A stretch of DNA of 9,514 nt from an uncultured archaeon (GCA_964565125.1 CAZMCX010000010.1:7369-16882); one strand, 5' to 3'. Shown: positions 1 through 7,115, counted from the first letter of the stretch. Notes: generated by a model from the letters alone, not told the origin. A program made the numbers and translations.

Positions 1-17
1 CGTATCTTTGTTTTATT

Positions 18-183
18 CTAGGAACCATAAAAATTACTTCCTAATTTTTTGTGTTCCAAGAATGCATTTTGCAGTTAAGCAAAATGTTTCTGGGCCTAAA
101 GCAATTTGCCCTGGCAAATTGGCTTTTTGCCTGTTTGGTATTTTTGCTTTGAGGCAATAAATCCAAACTTGGAACCATAATAT
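18..183. repeat. Three copies of a ~16-nt GGAAC-containing motif, enclosing three consecutive palindromes/hairpins
   Basis: Read directly. Motif copies: 18-33 CTAGGAACCATAAAAA (+), 45-60 reverse complement CTTGGAACACAAAAAA (-), 168-183 CTTGGAACCATAATAT (+). The 10-mer GGAACCATAA is identical at 21-30 and 171-180. Palindromes: 65-72/79-86 CATTTTGC/GCAAAATG (8 bp); 102-108/115-121 CAATTTG/CAAATTG (7 bp as a hairpin, 9-bp inverted repeat 102-110/113-121 as DNA); 127-132/152-157 TTGCCT/AGGCAA (6 bp). 53-60 GTTCCAAG can also pair with 169-176 CTTGGAAC. Confidence 0.6.
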
Positions 184-201
184 TGTTTTTATCACAAACG
201 C

Positions 202-217
202 TTTATATTCTATATGT
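202..217 (+). promoter_or_regulatory. Candidate archaeal TATA box(es) upstream of the first CDS
   Basis: TTTATATT at 202-209 followed by TCTATATG. This would start transcription near 230, giving a ~55-nt leader to ATG 290. No Shine-Dalgarno sequence is visible, so this is weak. Confidence 0.3.
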
Positions 218-289
218 TAGCTGTGGCGTGCGCTTGCTTACAGATATTAAAGATTGCTTTTTATATCTTATAGCTGTTATTTTTACATC

Positions 290-937
290 ATGGGGAACTT
301 ATATACCTCCTTTGCGCAATTTGAAAAAGCATATGAGAATGAAGTGAAAAAAATAAAATCTAAAGAGAAGAATGCTCTAGTTTTCTATTTTAGAAAAGGG
401 GGTCTTGTAAAAACCAAGTATACCCCTCAATTAAGAGTTACATATCCAAGTAAGCAAAAAGTTAAAGAAGAACTTGTAAATTTATCTGCAAGAAGGGCAG
501 AAACAATGATCAAACTTAAGGAATGGGGCAAGATAAAATATGATGCAGATAACTACCTTAAAAAAACAAAGAGAAAGAGATTTTTTGATTCTTTATATTG
601 GAAACATAAAATGAAATCTCTTACTGATAAAGATTATCGAGAAGAAATAAAAAAATTAAAAATTCCGATGGATTTGATGGCAGATCCAAAGTTAAAAAAG
701 ATATTACATGCTTTTATGACAAACCAAACATATAGAGAAACTGTAATTGATACTGTTGAAAATTCGGTAGTTTATAGAGACAAAGGTTTTGGAGAACAAA
801 TTCTACAGGCAATAGAAATAAAAAAAGGAATTTCAGAAAAGAAAATAACTCTGTTTTCTGAAGTTTTGCAAGGTATTGATAATCTAATCCTTGGCTACAA
901 AGTTATAAATAGGTGGGTAAGTGTTAACAAAGACTGA
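290..937 (+). CDS. Hypothetical lysine-rich protein (~215 aa from ATG 290; ORF track extends to TTG 254)
   Basis: Long ORF in the ORF track. ATG at 290 corresponds to residue 13 of the listed translation. No motif I recognise. Its 3' end overlaps the hel308 GTG start by 17 nt, suggesting co-transcription and coupling. Confidence 0.6.
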   Translation: MGNLYTSFAQFEKAYENEVKKIKSKEKNALVFYFRKGGLVKTKYTPQLRVTYPSKQKVKEELVNLSARRAETMIKLKEWGKIKYDADNYLKKTKRKRFFDSLYWKHKMKSLTDKDYREEIKKLKIPMDLMADPKLKKILHAFMTNQTYRETVIDTVENSVVYRDKGFGEQILQAIEIKKGISEKKITLFSEVLQGIDNLILGYKVINRWVSVNKD

Positions 938-3002
938 GCTTTTAAACAAAGTTAAAGAGCTTAATAACATTGCTGATTTTAATGAAGTTCAAAATAAAGC
1001 AATTCCATTATTAGAAAAAAATATTGTAGTTTCTAGTCCAACTTCTTCTGGGAAAACTTTAATTGCCGAAATTGCATCTCTTGGCATTATTCTTAACAAA
1101 AAAAGAAAGGTAATTTACACCTGCCCATTAAAAGCGTTAGCAAGTGAGCATTATTCTAATTTCAAGAAAAAATATGAAAAAGAATTTGGAATAAAATGTG
1201 CGATATCTATTGGAGATTTAGATTCAAGTTCAAAGTATTTGGAAAATTACAACATTATTTTTACTACCTATGAAAAATTAGACTCTTTAATTAGGCACAA
1301 ATCTTTTTGGCTTTATTCTGTTGGGCTTTTGGTTATTGATGAATTGCATATGTTAGATTCTGATAGGGGGCCAACAATAGAAGTTTCTGTAATACAACTT
1401 AGCATAATGGTGAAAGACCTGCAAATTCTTGGATTGAGTGCTACAATTCCAAATTACAAACAGTTGGCAGAATGGCTAAATGCTGAGGCAGTATATTCGG
1501 AATATAGGCCCGTGGCTTTGAGAAAAGGGGTATTGGTAGAAAATAAACTTTATTTTGAAAAAGAAATAGAAGAAATAAATTTTGACAGTGCAAAAGAGTT
1601 ACATAACTTGATAAAAGACACTTTGAAAAAAAATAAGCAGGCTTTGATATTCACAAATACCCGAAAAAATGCACAGTCTTTAGCAAACCAAATAAAAACA
1701 ACAACATTAAATGAAAAAATAAATGAATATGATTTTGATTCCGAAAATCTAACTTCTTTTGATAAAGAAATTATTGATTTGATGCAACATGGTGTTGCAT
1801 TCCACCATGCCGGATTGAGGGCAGAGTTAAGAGAAAAAATAGAGGCTGATTTTAGAACTGGAAAAATAAAAATAATTTCTGCCACTCCAACTTTGGCCGC
1901 AGGAATTAATCTGCCAGCATTTAGAGTGATCATTCATACTCTTTTTAGACATGGTATTAACGGAATGCAAAAAATACCAATAAGGGAATATCACCAAATG
2001 GCTGGAAGAGCGGGGAGAGTAGGATATGATGAAAAAGGAGAGGCAATAATTCTTGGAAAAAATGAATACGAAAAAGATAAATTGTTTGAAGAATATATTT
2101 TTGCGGAACCAGAAGAAGTCCTTTCTCAAATAGGGAACTTAAGTGTTTTGAGAACTTTATTATTGTCATTAATTGCAAATGGAATAGTTTATGATGATGA
2201 AAGTATGCTTAATTTTTTTAAGAAAACATTGTATTATTTGCAATTTAAAAATGAGTCTTTGCTTTATGAAAGAGTCCGCTCTGTTTTAGACGAACTATTG
2301 TCTTATAGTTTCATAAAAATAACTTCAAAAATAGAAGCAACAGAAATTGGGAAAAGAGTTTCAGAACTTTATATTGATCCGTTTTCAGCGTATAATATAA
2401 TTAATTATTTTGAGTTCTTGGGCAAGCATAATAACGAGTTTGCGCAGCTTTATTGTTTAGTTAATACAGTGGAATTAAAGCCATATCCTACAGTTTCAAA
2501 AACAATGAGAGATATAGGTATAGAATTAAATGAAAAAAGTTCTTATTTTTTAGCAGACCCGTACGCAATTTTTGAAGAGTATGATATGCCAAACAAATTC
2601 TTGCTTGTAAAAATATTTTATGACTGGATAAGTGAAGTTTCGGATCAAGAGCTTTTGGATAGATATGATATGCAGCCCGGGATCTTGCATCAAAAGATAG
2701 AATCAATGAAGTGGATTGCTTATGCAACAAAGGAGTTGGCAGAACTCTCTGGTAGAGAAAAATATAAAGATTTGATAAAAGAAATTTCATTGTTTGAAAA
2801 GAGGTTGCAGTACGGAATAAGAAAAGATCTGCTATTTTTAGTAGAGCTTCCAGGAATAGGAAGAGTAAGAGCAAGAAAATTGTTTGCAGCAGGAGTTAGA
2901 AACATCGGAGATCTCAAGGGCGCAGACCCAATTAAGCTTGCAGGTTTAATAGGTCAAAAAGTAAGAGACAAATTATATGAACATCTGAAAATATTAAAGT
3001 AA
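921..3002 (+). CDS. hel308: Hel308/Ski2-like superfamily 2 DNA helicase
   Basis: 693 aa. Walker A SPTSSGKT (GKT codons 1050-1058), motif II DELH (1338-1349), SAT motif III, HHAGL and QMAGRAGR helicase motifs, and a C-terminal helix-hairpin-helix LPGIGRVRARKL typical of Hel308 domain 5. GTG start preceded by AGGTGG at 911-916. Confidence 0.9.
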   Translation: MLTKTELLNKVKELNNIADFNEVQNKAIPLLEKNIVVSSPTSSGKTLIAEIASLGIILNKKRKVIYTCPLKALASEHYSNFKKKYEKEFGIKCAISIGDLDSSSKYLENYNIIFTTYEKLDSLIRHKSFWLYSVGLLVIDELHMLDSDRGPTIEVSVIQLSIMVKDLQILGLSATIPNYKQLAEWLNAEAVYSEYRPVALRKGVLVENKLYFEKEIEEINFDSAKELHNLIKDTLKKNKQALIFTNTRKNAQSLANQIKTTTLNEKINEYDFDSENLTSFDKEIIDLMQHGVAFHHAGLRAELREKIEADFRTGKIKIISATPTLAAGINLPAFRVIIHTLFRHGINGMQKIPIREYHQMAGRAGRVGYDEKGEAIILGKNEYEKDKLFEEYIFAEPEEVLSQIGNLSVLRTLLLSLIANGIVYDDESMLNFFKKTLYYLQFKNESLLYERVRSVLDELLSYSFIKITSKIEATEIGKRVSELYIDPFSAYNIINYFEFLGKHNNEFAQLYCLVNTVELKPYPTVSKTMRDIGIELNEKSSYFLADPYAIFEEYDMPNKFLLVKIFYDWISEVSDQELLDRYDMQPGILHQKIESMKWIAYATKELAELSGREKYKDLIKEISLFEKRLQYGIRKDLLFLVELPGIGRVRARKLFAAGVRNIGDLKGADPIKLAGLIGQKVRDKLYEHLKILK

Positions 3003-3004
3003 AA

Positions 3005-4915
3005 CTATAACACCCCTTCTTCCCAATGACCTTTGGTGTATTTGCTCTTTTCAACTTTTACTGATTTCTTTGCAAGAATATCTTGATAAAGTAGCAATGT
3101 TTCTGGGACTTTGGAATCTAAATCAAAAAAGAATTTCTTTATTCCAACTTCTTTTAGAGCCAAAACTTTTTGGAATAACCCAAGTTCTACACTGTTTAAG
3201 ATTTGATAATAAGTGTGCTCTCGTCTAACTGGAAATACATAATTCTTTTCATCTTTTAGTTCGTTAGGAAGATGATCATATTTTGTATTCATGAAAATTA
3301 TCCTCCCATGTGTTAATACTGCAAAATTCCTATTTCTAAACTCAGATAATTCCTTAAAAGAAAGTTCTGGAGAAATAATTGGTATCGCGTTTTCAAAAAA
3401 TAAAAGATCATAATCATTGAATACATTTGCAGAATAATCTAAATACAAATTTAGATCTGAATTTTTTAATAAAGCATAAACTCCCAAATCTCCAATAAGA
3501 ATATCTTTTATTTTGAAATCATTTATTAGTTTTACTGCCCTTTCAACTTCAAAATCTGCTAATATTCTTGGTACAAAAGCACCAAATTTGGGGTCAAAGT
3601 CTTTAGCAAAAATATTATAGAAAACCTTTACACCAACATCTTGTGCTTTTTCCCCATCTGCAACAGAATATACTTTAACTAATTGTTCATCTTTTTTTGA
3701 ACGCACAACAGGAATTTCAGGCAAAATAAGATTTTTGTAATCCCTTTTTGGGGTAAAAATTGGTTCGTTCTTTTCAAATCTTATTGCTTTTGGAGTAAAC
3801 TCTTTTTTTGAGGATGTCTTGTAAATGCTTGTGCCAGGTGTTGCTTTAATTTGTAATTTTACTGTATCTCCTGCTCTTGCAAAATTTACTGATACTCCAT
3901 CTCTATCCATTTTTTTTAGTACTGCGCCATCCACTTTATTTTTGAACCAGATTCCTAAACCATCCCCTACAGATAAATCTTCTTCTAATTTGATGATTTT
4001 GTCTGCATCTATAGTTCCTAAAAATAATCCTCTTGCTATTGGCTTTTCAGAACTAACTAAATTTTTGTCTTCTGAAAAATAGCCTTCAGTAAATTCTCTA
4101 TTAAAAGATAATTTCAGGTCTTTGTAATAAAGATAATTTACTCCAAACTTTCCACTATAATACGAATCAATTGCAAGTCTGTAAGCTTTTGCTGCCGCGG
4201 TAACATACTTTGGAGTTCTTAATCTTCCTTCTACTTTTAGACTTGATACCCCGCTTTCAATAATTTGTGGGATTTTTTCAATTAAGCAAAGCTCTTTCAT
4301 GCTTAATAAATGTGAGCCAGAATATTTTTTTCTGCATGGCTGTGCACAAAGCCCTCTGTTTCCAGATCTTCCACCAAGAAAGCTAGAAAATAAACATTTA
4401 CCACTATAAGAAAAACATAGTGCACCCTGTACAAATATTTCTGCAGGTATTTTTGTTTTTTCAACGAAGTTTTTGACTTCTTTTTGGCTGAATTCTCTTG
4501 GTAAAATTACTCTATCAACATCTTTGACTAAATCATAAAAATAAGTGTTGCTAACTGAGGCTTGTGTTGAAAGGTGTATTTCTAGGCCTGGAAAGTTTTG
4601 TTTTAAAATCGAAATAAATGAAAAGTGCTGAATGATTATCGCATCAACAGCAGCTAAATAAAGCTCTTTTACAGTTCCCCAGAACTCAGTCATTTCTTTG
4701 TTTTTTATAAGTGTATTTAGGGTACAATATGCCTTAACCCCGTTTTTGTGGCAATAATCAACTACTTTTTTTACCTCATCCAAGGAAAAATTGTTTGCTT
4801 TTCTGCGGGCATTGAAGTTTTGGACTCCGAAATATATGGCATCTGCCCCGTTTTCTACTGCTGCTTTAAGGCAATCCCAGTTCCCTGCAGGTAAAAGTAA
4901 TTCTATTTTTTCCAT
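3005..4915 (-). CDS. Peptidase U32 family protein, long form (collagenase-like / RlhA-TrhP-UbiU-type Fe-S protein)
   Basis: 636 aa. N-terminus MEKIELLLPAGNWDCLKAAVENGADAIYFG is typical of U32. Near-perfect U32 signature EIFVQGALCFSYSGKCLFS. Four Cys (C167, C174, C190, C194; nt 4334-4441) are arranged as in the Fe-S-binding U32 members. Confidence 0.88.
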   Translation of the reverse strand: MEKIELLLPAGNWDCLKAAVENGADAIYFGVQNFNARRKANNFSLDEVKKVVDYCHKNGVKAYCTLNTLIKNKEMTEFWGTVKELYLAAVDAIIIQHFSFISILKQNFPGLEIHLSTQASVSNTYFYDLVKDVDRVILPREFSQKEVKNFVEKTKIPAEIFVQGALCFSYSGKCLFSSFLGGRSGNRGLCAQPCRKKYSGSHLLSMKELCLIEKIPQIIESGVSSLKVEGRLRTPKYVTAAAKAYRLAIDSYYSGKFGVNYLYYKDLKLSFNREFTEGYFSEDKNLVSSEKPIARGLFLGTIDADKIIKLEEDLSVGDGLGIWFKNKVDGAVLKKMDRDGVSVNFARAGDTVKLQIKATPGTSIYKTSSKKEFTPKAIRFEKNEPIFTPKRDYKNLILPEIPVVRSKKDEQLVKVYSVADGEKAQDVGVKVFYNIFAKDFDPKFGAFVPRILADFEVERAVKLINDFKIKDILIGDLGVYALLKNSDLNLYLDYSANVFNDYDLLFFENAIPIISPELSFKELSEFRNRNFAVLTHGRIIFMNTKYDHLPNELKDEKNYVFPVRREHTYYQILNSVELGLFQKVLALKEVGIKKFFFDLDSKVPETLLLYQDILAKKSVKVEKSKYTKGHWEEGVL

Positions 4916-4938
4916 TAGATACTAAAGAGTGTGTTACC

Positions 4939-4946
4939 TTTTTAAA
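4939..4946 (-). promoter_or_regulatory. Candidate TATA box for the U32 gene (leaderless geometry)
   Basis: The minus strand reads TTTAAAAA, centred ~27 nt upstream of the ATG at 4915. No SD in between. Confidence 0.4.
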
Positions 4947-4948
4947 CA

Positions 4949-4967
4949 TTTTATATCAAATATATAG
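4949..4967 (+). promoter_or_regulatory. Candidate TATA box(es) for the thermosome gene
   Basis: TTTTATATC and AAATATATAG lie 60-75 nt upstream of ATG 5025. This is compatible with a leadered mRNA carrying the SD at 5013-5017. Confidence 0.3.
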
Positions 4968-5012
4968 ATAGATCTTATTTTTTGGTTATGAAAACATAAC
5001 TTATAATGATTT

Positions 5013-5017
5013 GGAGG
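5013..5017 (+). promoter_or_regulatory. Shine-Dalgarno-like ribosome binding site of the thermosome gene
   Basis: GGAGG (within GGAGGAG) lies 7 nt upstream of ATG 5025. It is the only strong SD in the window. Confidence 0.6.
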
Positions 5018-5024
5018 AGAGAAA

Positions 5025-6653
5025 ATGGCAGAAATGCAGAATCAGCAAAATGCGTTCTTGGAAGAGGGTGCAAAGAGAGTTAGAGGAAAAGATGCTCAAA
5101 GAATTAATATCTTGGTTGCGAGAGCAGTAGCTAACGCAGTTAGATCTACTTTGGGCCCAAAAGGAATGGACAAGATGATAGTTGACGAAATGGGGGATGT
5201 AACAATCTCAAATGATGGTGCAACTATTCTGAAAGAGATATCTATAGAACACCCAGTTGGGAAGATGATGGTTGACATTGCAAAAACTCAAGATACTGAG
5301 ATCGGGGACGGAACAACTACTGCGGTAGTGGTGGCTGGAGAGCTTCTTGCTGAGGCAGAAAAGCTTTTGGATAATGGAATACATCCTTCAAGTATAATTA
5401 ATGGTTATAGGTTGGCAACAACAAAAGCAATAGAATACTATAATGATATTTCTTACAAAGTTGACTATAAAGATGAAAAGAAATTATATAATATTGCAAT
5501 TACAGCTATGACTGGAAAGGCAGCGGAATCTTGTCAGAAATTAGCAAAACTTGTAATTGATGCAATTTCACAAATTATTGTTGTCGAAGATAACAAAATA
5601 ATTTATGATAATGATTATATAAAAATAGAAAAAAAATCAGGCGGAAGCTTAGAAGATAGTGAATTAATAAAAGGAATAGTAATAGATAAAGAAATAGTAA
5701 GTAATAGTATGCCAAAGAAAATAAACCTGGCAAAAATACTTCTTTTAGATGTTGCTTTGGAGATAAAAAGCCCAGAAACAGATACAAAAGTACAAATTAG
5801 TAGCCCAGATCAATTAGAGCAATTCTTAGAGCAAGAAGAAAGAATGATTTCTGATATGACTGAGAAAATAAAAGCATCCGGTGCAAATGTGGTAATTTGC
5901 CAAAAAGGAATTGATGATTTGGCCCAGCATTTCTTGACAGAAGCAGGAATTATTGCAATAAGAAGGGTAAAGAAATCAGATATCGATAAATTGTCAAAAG
6001 CAACAGGCGCAAAAGTTGCATCTAGAATAAAAGAAATAAATAAAACCTATTTAGGAAACGCAGATATAGTTCAAGAAAAGAAAATATCTGGTGAAGAGAT
6101 GGTATTTATTGAAGGCTGCAAAGATGCAAAGGCAGTAACGATATTTGTTCGGGGCGGAACAGATCATGTTGTAGATGAGGCAGAAAGAGCAATAGCTGAT
6201 GCTTTGGGTGCTGTAACTTCTGCATTAAAATCTGGCAAATATGTTGCTGGCGGCGGATCCTGTGAAATGGAAGTAGCGATAAGATTAAGGGATTATGCGA
6301 AGGAGATTGGCGGAAGAGAACAATTGGCAATAGATGCTTTTGCAAGTGCTTTAGAAATAATCCCGAGAACTTTAGCAGAATCTGCTGGAATGAATCCCTT
6401 AGATATGCTAGTTGCATTAAAGAACAGGCACAAGAAGGGGGAAATTGCTTCGGGCGTTGATGTATTGAATAGCACAATTGCTGATATGGAAAAGCTTAAT
6501 GTTATTGAACCAACAAACATAAAAGTTCAAGCAATAAATCTGGGATCTGAAGTATCTCAAATGATTCTGAGAATTGATGATATAATTGCAGGAAGCGGAA
6601 GATCCAAAGGCGGAATGCATAATATGCCACCGGGGATGGGGGATGCGGATTGA
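5025..6653 (+). CDS. ths: Thermosome subunit (group II chaperonin, Cpn60/TCP-1 family)
   Basis: 542 aa with classic motifs [26 protein letters not shown] and VAGGG, plus a Gly/Met-rich C-terminal tail [11 protein letters not shown]. Confidence 0.95.
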   Translation: MAEMQNQQNAFLEEGAKRVRGKDAQRINILVARAVANAVRSTLGPKGMDKMIVDEMGDVTISNDGATILKEISIEHPVGKMMVDIAKTQDTEIGDGTTTAVVVAGELLAEAEKLLDNGIHPSSIINGYRLATTKAIEYYNDISYKVDYKDEKKLYNIAITAMTGKAAESCQKLAKLVIDAISQIIVVEDNKIIYDNDYIKIEKKSGGSLEDSELIKGIVIDKEIVSNSMPKKINLAKILLLDVALEIKSPETDTKVQISSPDQLEQFLEQEERMISDMTEKIKASGANVVICQKGIDDLAQHFLTEAGIIAIRRVKKSDIDKLSKATGAKVASRIKEINKTYLGNADIVQEKKISGEEMVFIEGCKDAKAVTIFVRGGTDHVVDEAERAIADALGAVTSALKSGKYVAGGGSCEMEVAIRLRDYAKEIGGREQLAIDAFASALEIIPRTLAESAGMNPLDMLVALKNRHKKGEIASGVDVLNSTIADMEKLNVIEPTNIKVQAINLGSEVSQMILRIDDIIAGSGRSKGGMHNMPPGMGDAD

Positions 6654-6670
6654 ATCCGTGATCCTTAACA

Positions 6671-6687
6671 TTTTTTTTATTTTTTTT
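6671..6687 (+). terminator. Oligo-T termination tract downstream of the thermosome gene
   Basis: Two T8 runs (6671-6678, 6680-6687) start 18 nt after the stop codon. They are preceded by a short inverted repeat CGGATT/AATCCG spanning the stop. Confidence 0.5.
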
Positions 6688-6739
6688 AAATTAACTGAAT
6701 CTAATTTTTCTTTCTTCTAAGGCTATGCTTGAATTTAAA

Positions 6740-7079
6740 TGGGGTCACAGGGACTCGAACCCTGGTCCGCAGGTTTCTCCCGAGCCTTTTAATAAAGGCT
6801 ACGCTCGCCAAAATTGGGCTCATCTTCGAGAAGTGGCTTCATGCCACTAAAATGCCGGCTTTTTTTGAAGCCGCTCGATAACCCTTATCTTGGCCTTACC
6901 TGCTAATATCATCATCGCTAATTTAACAAATTAGCTCCGTCTTCACGCTCTCTTTACCTAAAGTTGTAAATGCCATTTATGGCATCCTTTTTTCTTTTGG
7001 TGAACTTATGCTTTTCTTTTTTTGAAAAAGAAAAGATTGCGACTGGAGCCTGAAGTGCTAGCCGCTACACTATGACCCC
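6740..7079 (-). tRNA. trnW: tRNA-Trp (anticodon CCA) with a ~268-nt intron between positions 37 and 38
   Basis: Folded by hand. 5' exon 7079-7043: GGGGTCA TA GTGT AGCGGCTA GCAC T TCAGG CTCCAG. 3' exon 6774-6740: A CCTGC GGAC CAGGG TTCGAGT CCCTG TGACCCC A. Seven-bp acceptor stem, A14, G18G19, A21, T54T55C56, A58 and archaeal-type discriminator A73 are present. No encoded CCA. One U27-C43 mismatch. Anticodon CCA at 7046-7044. Confidence 0.85.
6775..7042 (-). ncRNA. tRNA-Trp intron; candidate stable or circular intron-derived RNA
   Basis: Canonical hBHBh' motif. The anticodon stem is followed by a 4-bp helix C32-C35 (CTCC) paired with intron GGAG (6780-6777). This helix is flanked by 3-nt bulges A36-G37-T and A-A-A38, then a 2-bp outer helix CG/CG. 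Perfect hairpins on the minus strand: 7011-7035 (11 bp), 6970-6985 (6 bp), 6917-6935 (8 bp), 6856-6873 (6 bp), 6832-6848 (6 bp), 6783-6800 (7 bp). C-box-like AUGAUGA at 6915-6909. Confidence 0.75.
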
Positions 7080-7106
7080 CATTTAATAATAAAAAAGTAG
7101 AGATAA

Positions 7107-7115
7107 TTTAATAAA
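7107..7115 (-). promoter_or_regulatory. Candidate TATA box for tRNA-Trp
   Basis: The minus strand reads TTTATTAAA, centred ~32 nt upstream of the mature tRNA 5' end (7079). This is consistent with a ~5-nt leader. Confidence 0.4.

Noticed and set aside
21-180. MITE or transposon insertion flanked by a 10-bp target-site duplication GGAACCATAA
   Set aside because: The sequences just inside the two direct repeats are not inverted repeats of each other, and no transposase remnant is present. A third inverted copy of the same motif argues for a repeated binding or structural motif rather than a target-site duplication.
254-289. TTG start at 254 for the first CDS, as given in the ORF track
   Set aside because: The extra 12 residues (MLFISYSCYFYI) are hydrophobic junk-like sequence with no RBS. 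The in-frame ATG at 290 (MGNLYTS...) is the more natural start. This is not proven.
1550-2917. Five minus-strand ORFs (1550-1933, 1827-2129, 1957-2178, 2488-2874, 2720-2917) inside hel308
   Set aside because: All are antisense to a strongly supported helicase CDS, overlap each other, and translate to low-complexity F/S/L/K-rich sequence. This is typical of the reverse strand of AT-rich genes.
3825-4082. Plus-strand 85-aa ORF inside the U32 gene
   Set aside because: It is antisense to a well-supported CDS, has no motif, and has no promoter or RBS context.
5096-6671. Five minus-strand ORFs (5096-5278, 5575-5787, 6106-6477, 6293-6520, 6417-6671) inside the thermosome gene
   Set aside because: They are antisense shadows of a highly conserved CDS, with low-complexity, mutually overlapping translations.
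6783-6800. Internal promoter for an independently transcribed 3' tRNA half (split-tRNA model), based on CTTTATTAAA shared with the upstream tRNA promoter candidate (7106-7115)
   Set aside because: The TATA-like word lies only ~12 nt from the 3' exon, so initiation would fall inside the exon. It is also the loop and stem of a perfect hairpin. The shared 10-mer is A/T-only and easily coincidental in this genome.
6880-6915. SRP RNA helix-8-like words (AGCAGG ... GCCAAG) and possible RNase P RNA inside the intron
   Set aside because: Only short word resemblance was seen. There is no GNAR tetraloop context, none of the conserved RNase P CR-I/CR-V sequences, and the size and GC content are wrong for either RNA.
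6958-6982. H/ACA-like arrangement: hairpin 6970-6985 followed by UUACA
   Set aside because: The hairpin is only 6 bp, with no pseudouridylation pocket or k-turn. ACA triplets are frequent by chance.
6775-7042. Classical box C/D self-methylation guide in the tRNA-Trp intron
   Set aside because: Only a C-box heptamer (AUGAUGA) is present, and no CUGA D or D' box exists anywhere in the intron. The best exon complementarities are 5-6 nt (GCAGGU versus positions 38-43; GGAGC versus 31-35), which is expected by chance and not correctly spaced from any box.
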